Shown here: positions 8,854-18,809 of the stretch, piece after piece
How the letters are laid out: every line of letters starts with the position of its first letter
Numbering within the stretch: position 1 is the first letter of the stretch
Source of the DNA: Candidatus Moraniibacteriota bacterium
Lineage (GTDB): Bacteria; Patescibacteriota; Minisyncoccia; Moranbacterales; DUUL01
DNA length: 64,000 nt
Direction: 5' to 3'
NCBI GenBank assembly: GCA_041583775.1
Contig: JBFHFF010000003.1
Span: forward strand, 28,547-92,546
Made by a program: the position numbers and the translations under genes
Notes under the pieces: model-generated
What the model was told of the DNA's origin: nothing
The model's input: the letters and a program-made list of their open reading frames with translations, nothing else
Database searches by the model: none

Positions 8854-9952
8854 ATGACACTAGAAGAATTAAAGAAAAAAGCAAAAGAATTGAGAGATAA
8901 AATCGTCCAGATGGACGACTGTCTTTGACTTAGAAACACAAAGGAAAGAAATGAAGGAGTTGCAAAAAGATTCCGAGAGAGAAAATTTTTGGGATGATTC
9001 TAGGCAGGCGGGAATGGTAATGAAAAAAATCGAAAATATAAAAGAAGAAAGAGAAAGATGGGAGGATATACAAAATAGCAGTATTGGACTATTAGAATTT
9101 TTAGAGATTATAGATGAAAATGGAAAAGAAGATCTAGAAACAGCATTTATTCAATACGAAAAAACCTTAAAGAATTTTAAGTCTGTTGAGATTGAAAAGT
9201 TGTATAGTGGTGCATATGATAAGGGGGATGCAATTATTTCAATTCATGCAGGTGCTGGTGGTGATGATGCGCAGGATTGGGCGGAAATGCTTTTAAGGAT
9301 GTATCTAAGATTTTGTGAGAAGAAAAAATATAAAGTTAAGATTTTACAGGAAACAAAAGGGGCTGAGGCTGGGATTAAAAGTGTGATGTTTGAAGTTGGC
9401 GGAAAATTTGCATATGGGAATTTTAGTGCAGAGGCGGGGGTTCATAGACTTGTTCGTTTATCGCCATTTAATTCAGATAATTTGCGCCAGACATCCTTCG
9501 CTCTTTTGGAAGCAATTCCAATGATTGAGGATAGTGAAGAAATTATAGTAGATCCAAGTGAGTTAAAAGTCGATACATTCCGCTCTTCAGGAGCAGGAGG
9601 ACAATCTGTTAATACGACTGATTCTGCTGTTAGAGTCACTCATTTACCAACTAACACGGTAGTTAGTTGTCAAAATGAAAGATCTCAAATACAAAACAAG
9701 GAAAAAGCAATTGCTATTTTGAAATCAAAACTACTCCAAAAGCAAGAAAATGAAAAAATTGAAAGAGAAAAAAAATTGAAAGGAGAACATGTGTCCGCAG
9801 AGTGGGGAAGTCAAATTCGTTCATATGTTTTACATCCTTATAAAATGATCAAGGATCATAGAACGGATGAACAGACAGCTAATGTCGATTCAGTTTTAAA
9901 CGGAGATATTGAGATTTTTATTGAAAAATTTTTAAAAAAACAAGTTAAATAG
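8854..9952 (+). CDS. prfB: Peptide chain release factor 2 with programmed +1 ribosomal frameshift. Frame-0 segment 8854..8925 ends at CTT-TGA-C; the +1 frame continues from 8927.
   Basis: SPF motif for UGA/UAA recognition (RLVRLSPFNSDNLRQTSF), GGQ motif (SGAGGQSVNTTDSAVRVTHLPT) and the C-terminal SYVLHPY block. The short upstream ORF MTLEELKKKAKELRDKIVQMDDCL ends in the canonical shift heptamer CTT TGA C (8923..8929). After the +1 shift the reading frame matches the listed 8951..9952 ORF exactly. Confidence 0.85.
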
Positions 9953-9980
9953 TCCTAAGATAATAGATTAAAAAATAAAA

Positions 9981-10661
9981 ATGATAAGATTTGAGAATAT
10001 TTCGAAGGTTTATCCTGGAAGTTCTCCAGCCCTAGAAAATATCAATTTGCACATTAAAGAAGGCGAATTTGTTTCTGTGGTTGGGCACTCTGGTGCTGGA
10101 AAATCAACCTTACTTAAATTATTATACACAGAAGAGAGACCAACAACAGGGATAGTTTCTTTTGACAGTGCCAATCTGCTTGATTTAAAGAAGAAGGAAC
10201 TACCTTTGATGAGAAGACTTATTGGGACAGTTTTTCAAGATTATAAACTTTTACAGAAAAAAACACTGGCGGAGAATATTTCTTTTGCGCTTGAAGTTGC
10301 AGGTAAAAGTGATGAGGAGATTAACGAAACAGTTCCTAAGATTTTAGACATTGTAGGTTTGAGTGGGAAGGCAGAGCATTATCCACTGGAAGTTTCTGGA
10401 GGGGAACAGCAACGAGTTGCCTTGGCTAGGGCTTTGGTTAATAAGCCTAAAGTTCTTATTGCTGATGAGCCAACGGGAAATCTTGATCCAGTTTCAACAT
10501 GGGAAATTATGCAACTACTTTTAAAAATAAATGAATTTGGAACGACAGTACTTTTAGCGACTCATGATAAAGGAATTGTTGATAGAATAGCAAAAAGAGT
10601 TGTAGTGATGGAAGATGGAAGAATTGTTAGTGATAAACAAAAAGGAAGGTATCAAATTTAA
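9981..10661 (+). CDS. ftsE: Cell division ABC transporter ATP-binding protein FtsE
   Basis: Walker A (GHSGAGKST), ABC signature (VSGGEQQRVALARAL) and Walker B (LIADEPTGNLD). 226 aa. Immediately followed by ftsX. Confidence 0.85.
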   Translation: MIRFENISKVYPGSSPALENINLHIKEGEFVSVVGHSGAGKSTLLKLLYTEERPTTGIVSFDSANLLDLKKKELPLMRRLIGTVFQDYKLLQKKTLAENISFALEVAGKSDEEINETVPKILDIVGLSGKAEHYPLEVSGGEQQRVALARALVNKPKVLIADEPTGNLDPVSTWEIMQLLLKINEFGTTVLLATHDKGIVDRIAKRVVVMEDGRIVSDKQKGRYQI

Positions 10662-10671
10662 ATAAAAATAA

Positions 10672-11610
10672 ATGTGGATAAAATTAAGAAGAACATTTAA
10701 CTCTGGTGTAAAAAACTTTATAAGAAATGGCTGGCTCTCAATCGCAACTGTTAGTGTGATGGTTATTACGCTTTTTGTTGTTAATATACAATTGGCGATT
10801 ACGGGAGCAAATGACCTGCGCTTAAAAGATGTCCAGAATAGAGTAAACATTTCAATCGAAATTAAACCCGATACAACATTACCAGAATTGAACGATTTTC
10901 AAAGAGAACTCCAGGGTTACGAACAAATTTCATCAGTAGAATTAGTTGACAAAGAGGAAGCTTTGAATGAATTTAAGAGCTTTACTCAAAATGGAAGTAC
11001 GATTCAGAGTGGTATTGAAACACTTGGCGAAAACTTTCTATATGACACCTTAGTTGTGAAAACTAATGACCCTAGTCAGTATGAGGAGGTTGTTAAAAAA
11101 ATTGAGAATAGTGTGTCTGCAAAATATGTTGAAGAGATTAATTATCACAAATATAGAACCATTATTGATGGTTTGAGTAATGAATTAAAAACTACCAGAA
11201 AATTTTCACTAACCCTCGCAATAACACTTTCGCTCGTGGCTATTTTGGTGACATTTAATAGTATCAGAATTACGATGTATTCTTATAAACAAGAGATTGA
11301 GATTATGAAACTTGTAGGTGCATCGAATAATTATGTAAGATTTCCATTTATTTGGGAGGGAATTTTCTATGGTCTAGTTTCAGCTTTTATAGCAATTCCA
11401 CTTTCTTTTTTGTATTTGAAATTTATCACAAGCGGAGAAGCGAGTAGTTCGGTATTTGCTTTTTCGAATACGAAATTTTTGAAAGAATTTTTAGCAGTGT
11501 ATTTTATGAACAATCTTTTTGTTATCATCTCTTTGCAATTTGTCCTGGCTGTTGTTTTGGGAGTAGTGAGTTCTTTGATTGCGATGAGTAAATATCTTAA
11601 GAAATTCTAA
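10672..11610 (+). CDS. ftsX: Cell division permease FtsX
   Basis: N-terminal TM helix, a large periplasmic loop and three C-terminal TM helices (FtsX topology). Located downstream of ftsE. Confidence 0.8.
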   Translation: MWIKLRRTFNSGVKNFIRNGWLSIATVSVMVITLFVVNIQLAITGANDLRLKDVQNRVNISIEIKPDTTLPELNDFQRELQGYEQISSVELVDKEEALNEFKSFTQNGSTIQSGIETLGENFLYDTLVVKTNDPSQYEEVVKKIENSVSAKYVEEINYHKYRTIIDGLSNELKTTRKFSLTLAITLSLVAILVTFNSIRITMYSYKQEIEIMKLVGASNNYVRFPFIWEGIFYGLVSAFIAIPLSFLYLKFITSGEASSSVFAFSNTKFLKEFLAVYFMNNLFVIISLQFVLAVVLGVVSSLIAMSKYLKKF

Positions 11611-11688
11611 GTGCTCCTCTTGCAAAAGATTCTGATAATGATAAAATTTCAAGAGTCGTATGTTAATAAAGTTTAAATAAATAAAAAA

Positions 11689-12021
11689 ATGGGGATTACA
11701 GATTTTTTTAAAAAGAAGAAAGCGGATGATGAAGAGAGCGAAGGAAATAGCAGTGCTAACGAGAAGAAGGGCGTAGATTTTTCCGAGGCAATGACAAATA
11801 TTGATACCTCTCAACTTTCGATGAAGGAAAAAATTGGACTCAAGATGTTTCAAAAAATGTCTCCAAAAAAACAAGAAGAATTATTGCGTCAGGCAATGAA
11901 TCCTGGGGAAATTGCAAAGCACAAAGACAAAATTCTAAAGCAAATTGATGAAATGGTTAAGAACGGACAAATTGACAAGGGGCAAGCAGCAGCAGTCAAA
12001 AGCAAGATGGGCCTTAGATAG
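11689..12021 (+). CDS. Hypothetical small Lys/Glu-rich protein
   Basis: Open frame of 110 aa with a terminator hairpin downstream (12082..12110). No recognisable domain. Confidence 0.35.
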   Translation: MGITDFFKKKKADDEESEGNSSANEKKGVDFSEAMTNIDTSQLSMKEKIGLKMFQKMSPKKQEELLRQAMNPGEIAKHKDKILKQIDEMVKNGQIDKGQAAAVKSKMGLR

Positions 12022-12081
12022 AACTTTTGAGAAACATCAATTAATGATATTATTTAGGTCATTTGGATCCTAATTAACAAA

Positions 12082-12110
12082 AAAACAGGGTTAATTCTCT
12101 GTTTTTTTGT
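12082..12110 (+). terminator. Rho-independent terminator (AAAAAACAG-loop-CTGTTTTTTTG)
   Basis: Inverted repeat followed by a T-run, about 60 nt after the stop of 11689..12021. Confidence 0.55.
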
Positions 12111-12272
12111 ATTGATTTTAACAATGGAAAGTGATATTCTAAGTAGTGTAAATGTTTTTAAAGATTTATTAGATAAATAGACAAGGTAGTATGATTTTAG
12201 ATGTATTTATTTTTAAGAATAGATTAAACAAGGGATATTTACTGGTAGCTATATAAAAGCTAAAAAAAGATA

Positions 12273-13037
12273 ATGCTTGAAGTTAAAAATTTTTCTATAA
12301 AATCAAGGGAGGATAAGTCTATTCTACTTGATAAAGTTAGTTTTAGTGTTAAAAGAGGTGAAATACATTGTGTTTTGGGAATAAATGGGAGTGGAAAAAC
12401 GACTGTTGCATACTCAATTATGGGATTAGAAAGATATGAATATTTGAGTGGAAAAATCATTTTTGAGGGTCAGGATATAACAAAACTAAAACCTCACGAA
12501 AGGGCAAGAAAGGGAATTACAATTGCATTTCAAGAACCAGCAAGGTTCGAAGGTCTTTTAGTTAGTGATTTTCTGCGTGCTGGCAAAAAAAACGCAACAA
12601 AAACAGAAATTGAAAAGTCTTTAGTAACAGTTGGTTTAAAGCCCAAAGACTTCATCAATCGAAGGTTGGATGATAAACTTTCGGGAGGAGAGCGCAAAAG
12701 AATTGAGCTTGCATCTGTGATAATGATGAAGCCAAAGCTCATGATTTTAGATGAACCAGATGCATCATTGGATATTATTGTGTATAACGAGTTATATGAT
12801 TTAATGCTTAGAATTAAAGAAGAGCTTGGTTGCACAATTCTTTTAATCACACACAGAGAGGAAGCAGGAATGATTGCGGATGGAGCAACCCTTGTTTCTG
12901 GGGGCAAGATTGTTGCAACGGGACCGTTTAGACAGGTTATGCGAAAATATTGTGCAAGAGAGGGGAGGAGGGACAGTTGCATGGCTTTTAAAAACAAGAT
13001 GATAAGGGGCTTTGCAAAAAATAATTCAGAAAATTAA
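12273..13037 (+). CDS. sufC: Fe-S cluster assembly ATPase SufC
   Basis: Walker A (GINGSGKTT), ABC signature (LSGGERKRIELASV) and Walker B (LMILDEPDASLD). A soluble ABC ATPase of 254 aa, adjacent to a SufB/D-family gene. Confidence 0.8.
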   Translation: MLEVKNFSIKSREDKSILLDKVSFSVKRGEIHCVLGINGSGKTTVAYSIMGLERYEYLSGKIIFEGQDITKLKPHERARKGITIAFQEPARFEGLLVSDFLRAGKKNATKTEIEKSLVTVGLKPKDFINRRLDDKLSGGERKRIELASVIMMKPKLMILDEPDASLDIIVYNELYDLMLRIKEELGCTILLITHREEAGMIADGATLVSGGKIVATGPFRQVMRKYCAREGRRDSCMAFKNKMIRGFAKNNSEN

Positions 13038-13055
13038 GAATCGGGAATTTAAAAT

Positions 13056-13991
13056 ATGACAAAACTTTCAAAAGAATTTATAAAAACGGCCAAGATTTGC
13101 GGAATAGATCATGCGATTAACCAAAAAGGACATTTTTATGTTGATAAAAATAAAATTATCTCCGAGGAAATGCCAAAAGGTATCTCTGCTAAAACAAGAG
13201 AAACTAAGGAGGGTGTTGTTGCAGAAATTGTTGTCGAAAAAGGAGTCAAAATTAAAGAACCTTTGTTTTTTTGTTTTGGGATTAGTGGTAAGGAGGAAAG
13301 CCAGATGATTCAAACTAACTTGATTCTAAAAGAGGACTCAGAGGTGGAAATTTTAGCTCATTGTAGTTTTCCAAACGCGGTAAAGTCTTCTCATAAAATG
13401 GAGGCTAAATATGAAATTGGGAAAAATGCAAAGCTGGTTTATAAAGAACATCATTATCACGGAACATCGTCTGGAATTCTAGTGATGCCCAAATTAAAAG
13501 TTGTTGTTGATGAAGGAGGAATTTTTTTGAGTGATTTTATTCTTTCAAAGGGATCTGTTGGACAAGTTGGTATCGAAGTAGAAGTGCTCCTAGGGAAAGA
13601 TGCTAAAAGTGAGATAAATAGCAAGGTTTTTGGGAAAGGTGAGAAAGATGTGATTTCAATCATTGACAAAGTTACTATTGAGGGAGACAATAGTAAGAGT
13701 TTGGTGACAATGAGAGCTGCTGCGAAAGATGGAGGAAGAGTCTTTATGCAAGGAGAAACATATGCATTGGGTGCTGATTCCATCGGACACATTGATTGTC
13801 AGGAGATTGTTTCTGGAGAAAATTCTGTCGCAAAAGCTGTCCCAATTGTTGAAGTTTCAAATGATAGGGCGAGAGTTACTCACGAGGCCTCTGTTGGGAA
13901 AATAAATCAGAAAGAGTTGGAAACATTAATGACTCGTGGAATGGATGAGGAGGCAGCAACAGAACTTATCATTGAAGCTATGATGAGATAA
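13056..13991 (+). CDS. Short SufB/SufD-family Fe-S cluster assembly protein (minimal SufBC-type system)
   Basis: C-terminal SufBD-domain blocks (GDNSKSLVTMRAAAKDGGRVFMQGETYALG...HIDCQEIVSGENSVAKAVPIVEVSNDRARVTHEASVGKINQKELETLMTRGMDEEAATELI). Only 311 aa, where SufB/SufD are normally 430-480 aa. Immediately downstream of sufC. Confidence 0.7.
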   Translation: MTKLSKEFIKTAKICGIDHAINQKGHFYVDKNKIISEEMPKGISAKTRETKEGVVAEIVVEKGVKIKEPLFFCFGISGKEESQMIQTNLILKEDSEVEILAHCSFPNAVKSSHKMEAKYEIGKNAKLVYKEHHYHGTSSGILVMPKLKVVVDEGGIFLSDFILSKGSVGQVGIEVEVLLGKDAKSEINSKVFGKGEKDVISIIDKVTIEGDNSKSLVTMRAAAKDGGRVFMQGETYALGADSIGHIDCQEIVSGENSVAKAVPIVEVSNDRARVTHEASVGKINQKELETLMTRGMDEEAATELIIEAMMR

Positions 13992-14039
13992 GATGTTTAT
14001 TCGAGTGGTTTAAATAATTTAATAGTTAAGAATAAAAAA

Positions 14040-14246
14040 ATGAGTGAAAAAAAATTCGAACTTTCAATTGATTCTAATATTATGGAAGTGATCAGTAATT
14101 ATCCTAAGGCTGCAGAAATTTTTGCAAAAAATGGATTGCCATGTGTAGGATGTGCAGCTGCAAGGTTTGAAAGTATCGCTGATATAGTTGGTGAATTTGG
14201 AATTGATGGAGATGCCTTAGTTGAAGAAATCAAAAAGAGTAAATAG
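14040..14246 (+). CDS. DUF1858-type small redox-disulfide protein (CxxC)
   Basis: A 68-aa protein with a GLPCVGCAAA motif, typical of the hybrid-cluster-associated redox disulfide domain. Directly downstream of the Suf genes. Confidence 0.5.
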   Translation: MSEKKFELSIDSNIMEVISNYPKAAEIFAKNGLPCVGCAAARFESIADIVGEFGIDGDALVEEIKKSK

Positions 14247-14345
14247 AAATAAATAACAAACTAAAATAAAAGGGGAGAATTTCCGAAATAAAAAGCCGGA
14301 TTATTGGTTTTTTGCAAATTTTATCCAAAAGAATAAAACATCTTT

Positions 14346-15992
14346 ATGATATCAAGACTAAAAGAGAAAATCATGTACGGTGAGAAATCATCTCAATCAA
14401 TAACCCGTAGTGCAATATTAATTGCGGTGATGGGGATTGCGAGTAGGATTTTAGGTTTATTTCGTGACAGAATTCTTGCTTCTAAGTTTGGTGCTGGAGA
14501 TGTTTTGGATACATATTATGCTGCTTTTAAGATTCCCGATTTTATATATGGGATGTTGGTGCTCGGAGCACTTTCGGCTGCCTTTGTTCCGGTTTTTACT
14601 TCATTAATTTCGCAGGAACGAAAAAAAGAAGCTTGGAGACTCGCAAGAACAATGCTTTCTTTGGGGATTATTCTGTTGTCTCTTATTTCTGCAATTCTTT
14701 TTATTTTTTCACCAACTTTGGTGAAACTAATTGTTTTTGGGTTTGATGACCAAAAACAACAGCATGTAGTTGAATTGACCAGGATTATGCTCTTGTCACC
14801 AATCATTCTCGGAATGTCAGGTATAATAGGGGGAATTCTTAATTCATTTAAAAAATTCTTCTTTTATTCACTAGCTCCAATTTTCTATAATGTAGGAATT
14901 ATTATTGGGGCTTTATTTTTAACAGATTATTTTGGACCAATCGGTTTAGCTCTTGGTGTTGTTTTGGGGGCAGCACTGCATCTTTTAGTTCAGTTACCAG
15001 AAGTTATCCGTTGCGGTTTGCATTTTAGCCCTTTATTTGATTATAAAAGTAAGCAATTGCATCGTGTACTAATGCTTATGATTCCCAGAACAATGGGAAT
15101 TGCGATGACACAAATTAATCTTTTTGTTGTAACAATCTTAGCTTCAACACTAGAGCCTGGTAGTCTTGCAATTTTTAACTTTGCCAATAATCTGCAAAGT
15201 GTGCCATTAGGAGTTTTTGGGATTTCATTTGCAATTGCTTCTTTTCCAGCACTCTCTGGTCTTTGGGCTCAAAATAAAAAAGAGGAATTCATTTCTAAAT
15301 TTACAGGAACATTTAGGAAAATTTTATTTTTTATCATTCCATGTTCTGCGATGATATATATTTTGCGGGCTCAAATTGTGCGAGTTGTCTTGGGGTCGGG
15401 AGATTTCAGTTGGAGTGATACCACGCTTACACTAAGTGCGCTTGGTATTTTCGTTATGTCACTTTGGGCTCAAAGTGTTATTCCATTACTTGCAAGAACT
15501 TTTTATGCAACGCATGATACAAAAACGCCATTTTTTGTAGCACTTTTTTCAGAGGTAATCAATATTGGCTTAGCATTGTTTCTGATTAAAGATTTTGGAA
15601 TACTTGGTTTGGTTTCTGCTTTTTCGATATCAACAAGTGTAAACGCGTTATTATTATTTTTAATGTTGAAGGGTCGAGTCGGCAAATTTCACGAACAAGG
15701 AATTATCGTTTTTGGATTTAAAATATTTTCTGCAACAGCCATAATGATGGTTGTTGCACAGATATTAAAACATTTGGTGGGGGATGATTTATTTGGGGAG
15801 CAAAAAACTTTCCTTGGAGTGTTTACTCAATTAATACTATCATTGATAGGTAGTGGGGTTTCTTTTATTATTCTTGGGAAGATTCTAAAAATTGAAGAAA
15901 TGGATCATTTTGTAAAAGCGTTGAAAAATAAACTGTTTATTAAAAAACCACTTTCTGAAAACGAGAGAAATGAGGTGGGGGGAATTCTATAA
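14346..15992 (+). CDS. murJ: Lipid II flippase MurJ (MviN)
   Basis: 548 aa with about 14 TM helices and MurJ N-terminal blocks (RDRILASKFGAGDVLDTYYAAFKIPDFIYGMLVLGALSAAFVPVF). Confidence 0.8.
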   Translation: MISRLKEKIMYGEKSSQSITRSAILIAVMGIASRILGLFRDRILASKFGAGDVLDTYYAAFKIPDFIYGMLVLGALSAAFVPVFTSLISQERKKEAWRLARTMLSLGIILLSLISAILFIFSPTLVKLIVFGFDDQKQQHVVELTRIMLLSPIILGMSGIIGGILNSFKKFFFYSLAPIFYNVGIIIGALFLTDYFGPIGLALGVVLGAALHLLVQLPEVIRCGLHFSPLFDYKSKQLHRVLMLMIPRTMGIAMTQINLFVVTILASTLEPGSLAIFNFANNLQSVPLGVFGISFAIASFPALSGLWAQNKKEEFISKFTGTFRKILFFIIPCSAMIYILRAQIVRVVLGSGDFSWSDTTLTLSALGIFVMSLWAQSVIPLLARTFYATHDTKTPFFVALFSEVINIGLALFLIKDFGILGLVSAFSISTSVNALLLFLMLKGRVGKFHEQGIIVFGFKIFSATAIMMVVAQILKHLVGDDLFGEQKTFLGVFTQLILSLIGSGVSFIILGKILKIEEMDHFVKALKNKLFIKKPLSENERNEVGGIL

Positions 15993-16011
15993 TCAGTTGC
16001 GATAAGAAATA

Positions 16012-16048
16012 AAAAACGAGAAAGCTTAGCTTTTCTCGTTTTATTTTT
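16012..16048. terminator. Bidirectional rho-independent terminator (AACGAGAAAGC / GCTTTTCTCGTT + T-runs)
   Basis: Inverted repeat between convergent genes murJ (+) and 16115..16606 (-). Confidence 0.6.
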
Positions 16049-16114
16049 ATTCGAAAAGTATAATATTGCGGTATAAACAATTGTAAAAATAGTTAGTGAT
16101 TAATTGGAAGTCGT

Positions 16115-16606
16115 TTATAAAAAAATTGATTTAGCTAATCTGGTGGTTGTGTTGTAAATTGCTATACTGGGAGTATTATTCCACGAAAAAGATGCAGTGC
16201 CAGGATTTATATGAAGACTCCTGTTAACTTCCTTTATTAAGGGTTTGTGTGTGTGCCCAGAAAAAACAGCATCGTATTTTCCGGATTTGAGAAGTGAATT
16301 TAATAATGAAATTGAATCACCATGACACACGGCAATTCTCTGTTGATCAATCTTTTTTCCCATCCAATTTCCTGCGAAATAAACCTTCCCTATAGATTTT
16401 TTCTCATATTTAAATAAGCTCATATCATTATTTCCAAAAACAGAAAATATCTCACAGTTTAGTTTTTCAATTATTTCCAGAGGGAAAAGAGATGACCAAT
16501 CGCCACAATGAAAAACAATCTCAACTCCCGCGGTGTTGAATTTTTTGATAGCCTTTTCGAATAACACAGAGTCATCATGAGTATCTGAAATAATTCCAAT
16601 TAACAT
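16115..16606 (-). CDS. Metallophosphoesterase, YfcE/MJ0936 family
   Basis: Metallophosphatase motifs ISDTHDD, GDW, CHGDS and GHTHKP. 163 aa. Confidence 0.75.
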   Translation of the reverse strand: MLIGIISDTHDDSVLFEKAIKKFNTAGVEIVFHCGDWSSLFPLEIIEKLNCEIFSVFGNNDMSLFKYEKKSIGKVYFAGNWMGKKIDQQRIAVCHGDSISLLNSLLKSGKYDAVFSGHTHKPLIKEVNRSLHINPGTASFSWNNTPSIAIYNTTTRLAKSIFL

Positions 16607-16631
16607 ATTTAAGTGGGGTTAATTTAATGAT

Positions 16632-17102
16632 TTATCTTTTTGTTCTCAGTATTGTTCCAGCTGAAAATCCATGAGCGTATTTACCAAAAGGGATTCCGAA
16701 TTGTTTTGCCCAAGGATCTGCAATTATTTTTTTATTTTGACTAACCTTAATTTCAAGATATTGATGGGGTATTAAAAACCAAATGTTTGTGAGTTTTGTG
16801 TTTATGTCTGCATCTTTAAATTTACCGCTGTTTATCAAGATAGTTCTTAGAAGATAGTTCATTGTTGTGCAGTGTGCATAGCCTTTTGTTTCTAGAATGT
16901 CATCAATGTCAAGTTTATATAATCTGGTGAATTTCGAAAAAACATTTATTCTTTCACCAGAATTTTTAGAAACTACAAAATCAAAACAAGAATGAAGAAG
17001 TTCCTCTTTGTTTTTTTGTCTAGTTAGTTTTTGAATTTGAATCTCCAACTTTTTCGGAATATTTCTTGGAACTGGCAATTTGCGAAATAGATTTGGGATC
17101 AT
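16632..17102 (-). CDS. Small transglutaminase-like (Cys-His-Asp) domain protein. The true start is probably internal.
   Basis: Candidate catalytic Cys in GYAHCTTMNYLLRTIL, His in PHQYLEIKV and Asp in IIADPW, in the order typical of transglutaminase-like cysteine peptidase cores. The first 83 nt overlap the ABC-F gene, so an internal start is likely. Confidence 0.4.
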   Translation of the reverse strand: MIPNLFRKLPVPRNIPKKLEIQIQKLTRQKNKEELLHSCFDFVVSKNSGERINVFSKFTRLYKLDIDDILETKGYAHCTTMNYLLRTILINSGKFKDADINTKLTNIWFLIPHQYLEIKVSQNKKIIADPWAKQFGIPFGKYAHGFSAGTILRTKR

Positions 17103-18738
17103 TTTTTTGTTTTATCTTTATTTCTTTTGTTGCATGAGAATCATTTTTTGAAAGGAAGAGTTCTTTTTCTAGCTCAACATCATCAATAAAATCCTTGTCA
17201 TGTGAAATCACGATTATTGTCCCCGCGTAATCTTTCAGGGTATTTGTTAGTTGTGTGATGCCATTTAAATCAAGATTATTATTTGGTTCATCGAGGATTA
17301 ATAAGTCAGGTGCGATATCAGTTGCTAAGAGGCAAGCGAAAGCAGCGCGTACTCTTTCTCCACCACTTAGAAATTTAACCTTTTTATGAATGTCATTGTC
17401 ATAAAAAAGAAATCTTCCAAGTTGAACTCGTAATTCATCTTCTGAAAGATGTTTTGGTGCGTAGTCAATCACATTTTGAAGAATTGTTTTTTCGTTTTTC
17501 AAAAGTGTAATATTTTGATCAATCACACCAACTCTAGTTGCTAAGCTGGTGATTTCTCCAACAACTGGATCAAGTTCTTTTGTGAGTAATTTAATGAGTG
17601 TACTTTTTCCAGAGCCATTTTTTCCAGCAAAATGCCAGCGTTCTCCTCCTAAGATTTTTAAAGATAGTTTTTTCTTCCAGAGGTTGTCGCCATTTTCAAA
17701 TTGGTAATTAACATTTTTTGCAAAAATAAGTTTTTCGCCCTTTTCTATTTCAGAAGGTCGAAGTTCAATGTGCATCATTCCTTCAGCTATAACCATCGCA
17801 CGAGTTTTAATTAATTCGTCTTTGGCTCTGTCAATGCATTTTGCATGAACCTTCTTTAATTTTTTGAAGGTTTCTTCGGCACGCATTTTACGACGATTGA
17901 TGAAGAATTTGGAGAAGTTTCTGGCCTTTGCTTTTCTGGCGCCAATTCTTGAATTTTCACGATGTGCGTCAAGAGTGTCTTCTTGTTTTTTAATTGCTTT
18001 TCTGTAATCCCTTTCTGCTTGTCGAAATGCGGTCATTTTTGCTTTTTTCTCAATATCCCTTTGTCTTCTGTAAAAATCAAAATTACCTCCATAAATTTCA
18101 ACTTTGTTTTTTCTGATTTCAACTATTTCATCCATTAAGCGTAACAATTGCCTGTCGTGACTGATAATCAAGAGCTTCCCAGGATAATTTTTTATAAAGC
18201 TGTATAAAAAATCACGAGATTCCTGATCCAAATGATTTGTCGGTTCATCCATCAATGCTAAATCAGGTTTTTTTGTAAGTAGGGAGGTGAAAAACAACTT
18301 TGATGTTTCTCCTCCACTTAAGGATGAAATTTTTCTATCAAAATCTAAATGTCCCAGAGCTGCTTTTTCTAGCAAAGCTTGAGTTCTTTCTTTAATCTCC
18401 CAGTCATCATCTAATATTAGAAGCTCTTTGTTTGTTCCAACACCCTCCATAATATGCTCCAATGCCTTTATTTTCTGGGTTATTCCAAGAACATCGCTTA
18501 CACTTTGGTGAGCAAAAGATGCGAAATTTTGTGGAAGTTCTAAGAAATTACCCTCCTTGTTAACTTTTCCTTTTTGAGGCTTTAATTCGCCCAAAATAAC
18601 CTTTAATAAGGTTGATTTACCTGTTCCATTTTCACCAACCAACCCAGTTCTGTTTTTTTTAACTGAAAAATTTAGACCAGAAAAAAGAACATCACCATTT
18701 TGGTGTTTGTAGGAAAGATCTTTGATAGATAAAAACAC
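17020..18738 (-). CDS. ABC-F family ATPase (two tandem ABC domains, EttA/Uup-like translation factor)
   Basis: Two Walker A motifs (GENGTGKST and GKNGSGKST) and two LSGGE signature motifs. The linker and the Lys-rich C-terminal tail are typical of ABC-F proteins. Confidence 0.8.
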   Translation of the reverse strand: MFLSIKDLSYKHQNGDVLFSGLNFSVKKNRTGLVGENGTGKSTLLKVILGELKPQKGKVNKEGNFLELPQNFASFAHQSVSDVLGITQKIKALEHIMEGVGTNKELLILDDDWEIKERTQALLEKAALGHLDFDRKISSLSGGETSKLFFTSLLTKKPDLALMDEPTNHLDQESRDFLYSFIKNYPGKLLIISHDRQLLRLMDEIVEIRKNKVEIYGGNFDFYRRQRDIEKKAKMTAFRQAERDYRKAIKKQEDTLDAHRENSRIGARKAKARNFSKFFINRRKMRAEETFKKLKKVHAKCIDRAKDELIKTRAMVIAEGMMHIELRPSEIEKGEKLIFAKNVNYQFENGDNLWKKKLSLKILGGERWHFAGKNGSGKSTLIKLLTKELDPVVGEITSLATRVGVIDQNITLLKNEKTILQNVIDYAPKHLSEDELRVQLGRFLFYDNDIHKKVKFLSGGERVRAAFACLLATDIAPDLLILDEPNNNLDLNGITQLTNTLKDYAGTIIVISHDKDFIDDVELEKELFLSKNDSHATKEIKIKQKNDPKSISQIASSKKYSEKVGDSNSKTN

Positions 18739-18809
18739 AAACTTGATTATAAAAATTTATATTATAAGTGTAGCAGAGAATTGCTTATCTTTGCAACCTT
18801 TTTTAAGGT

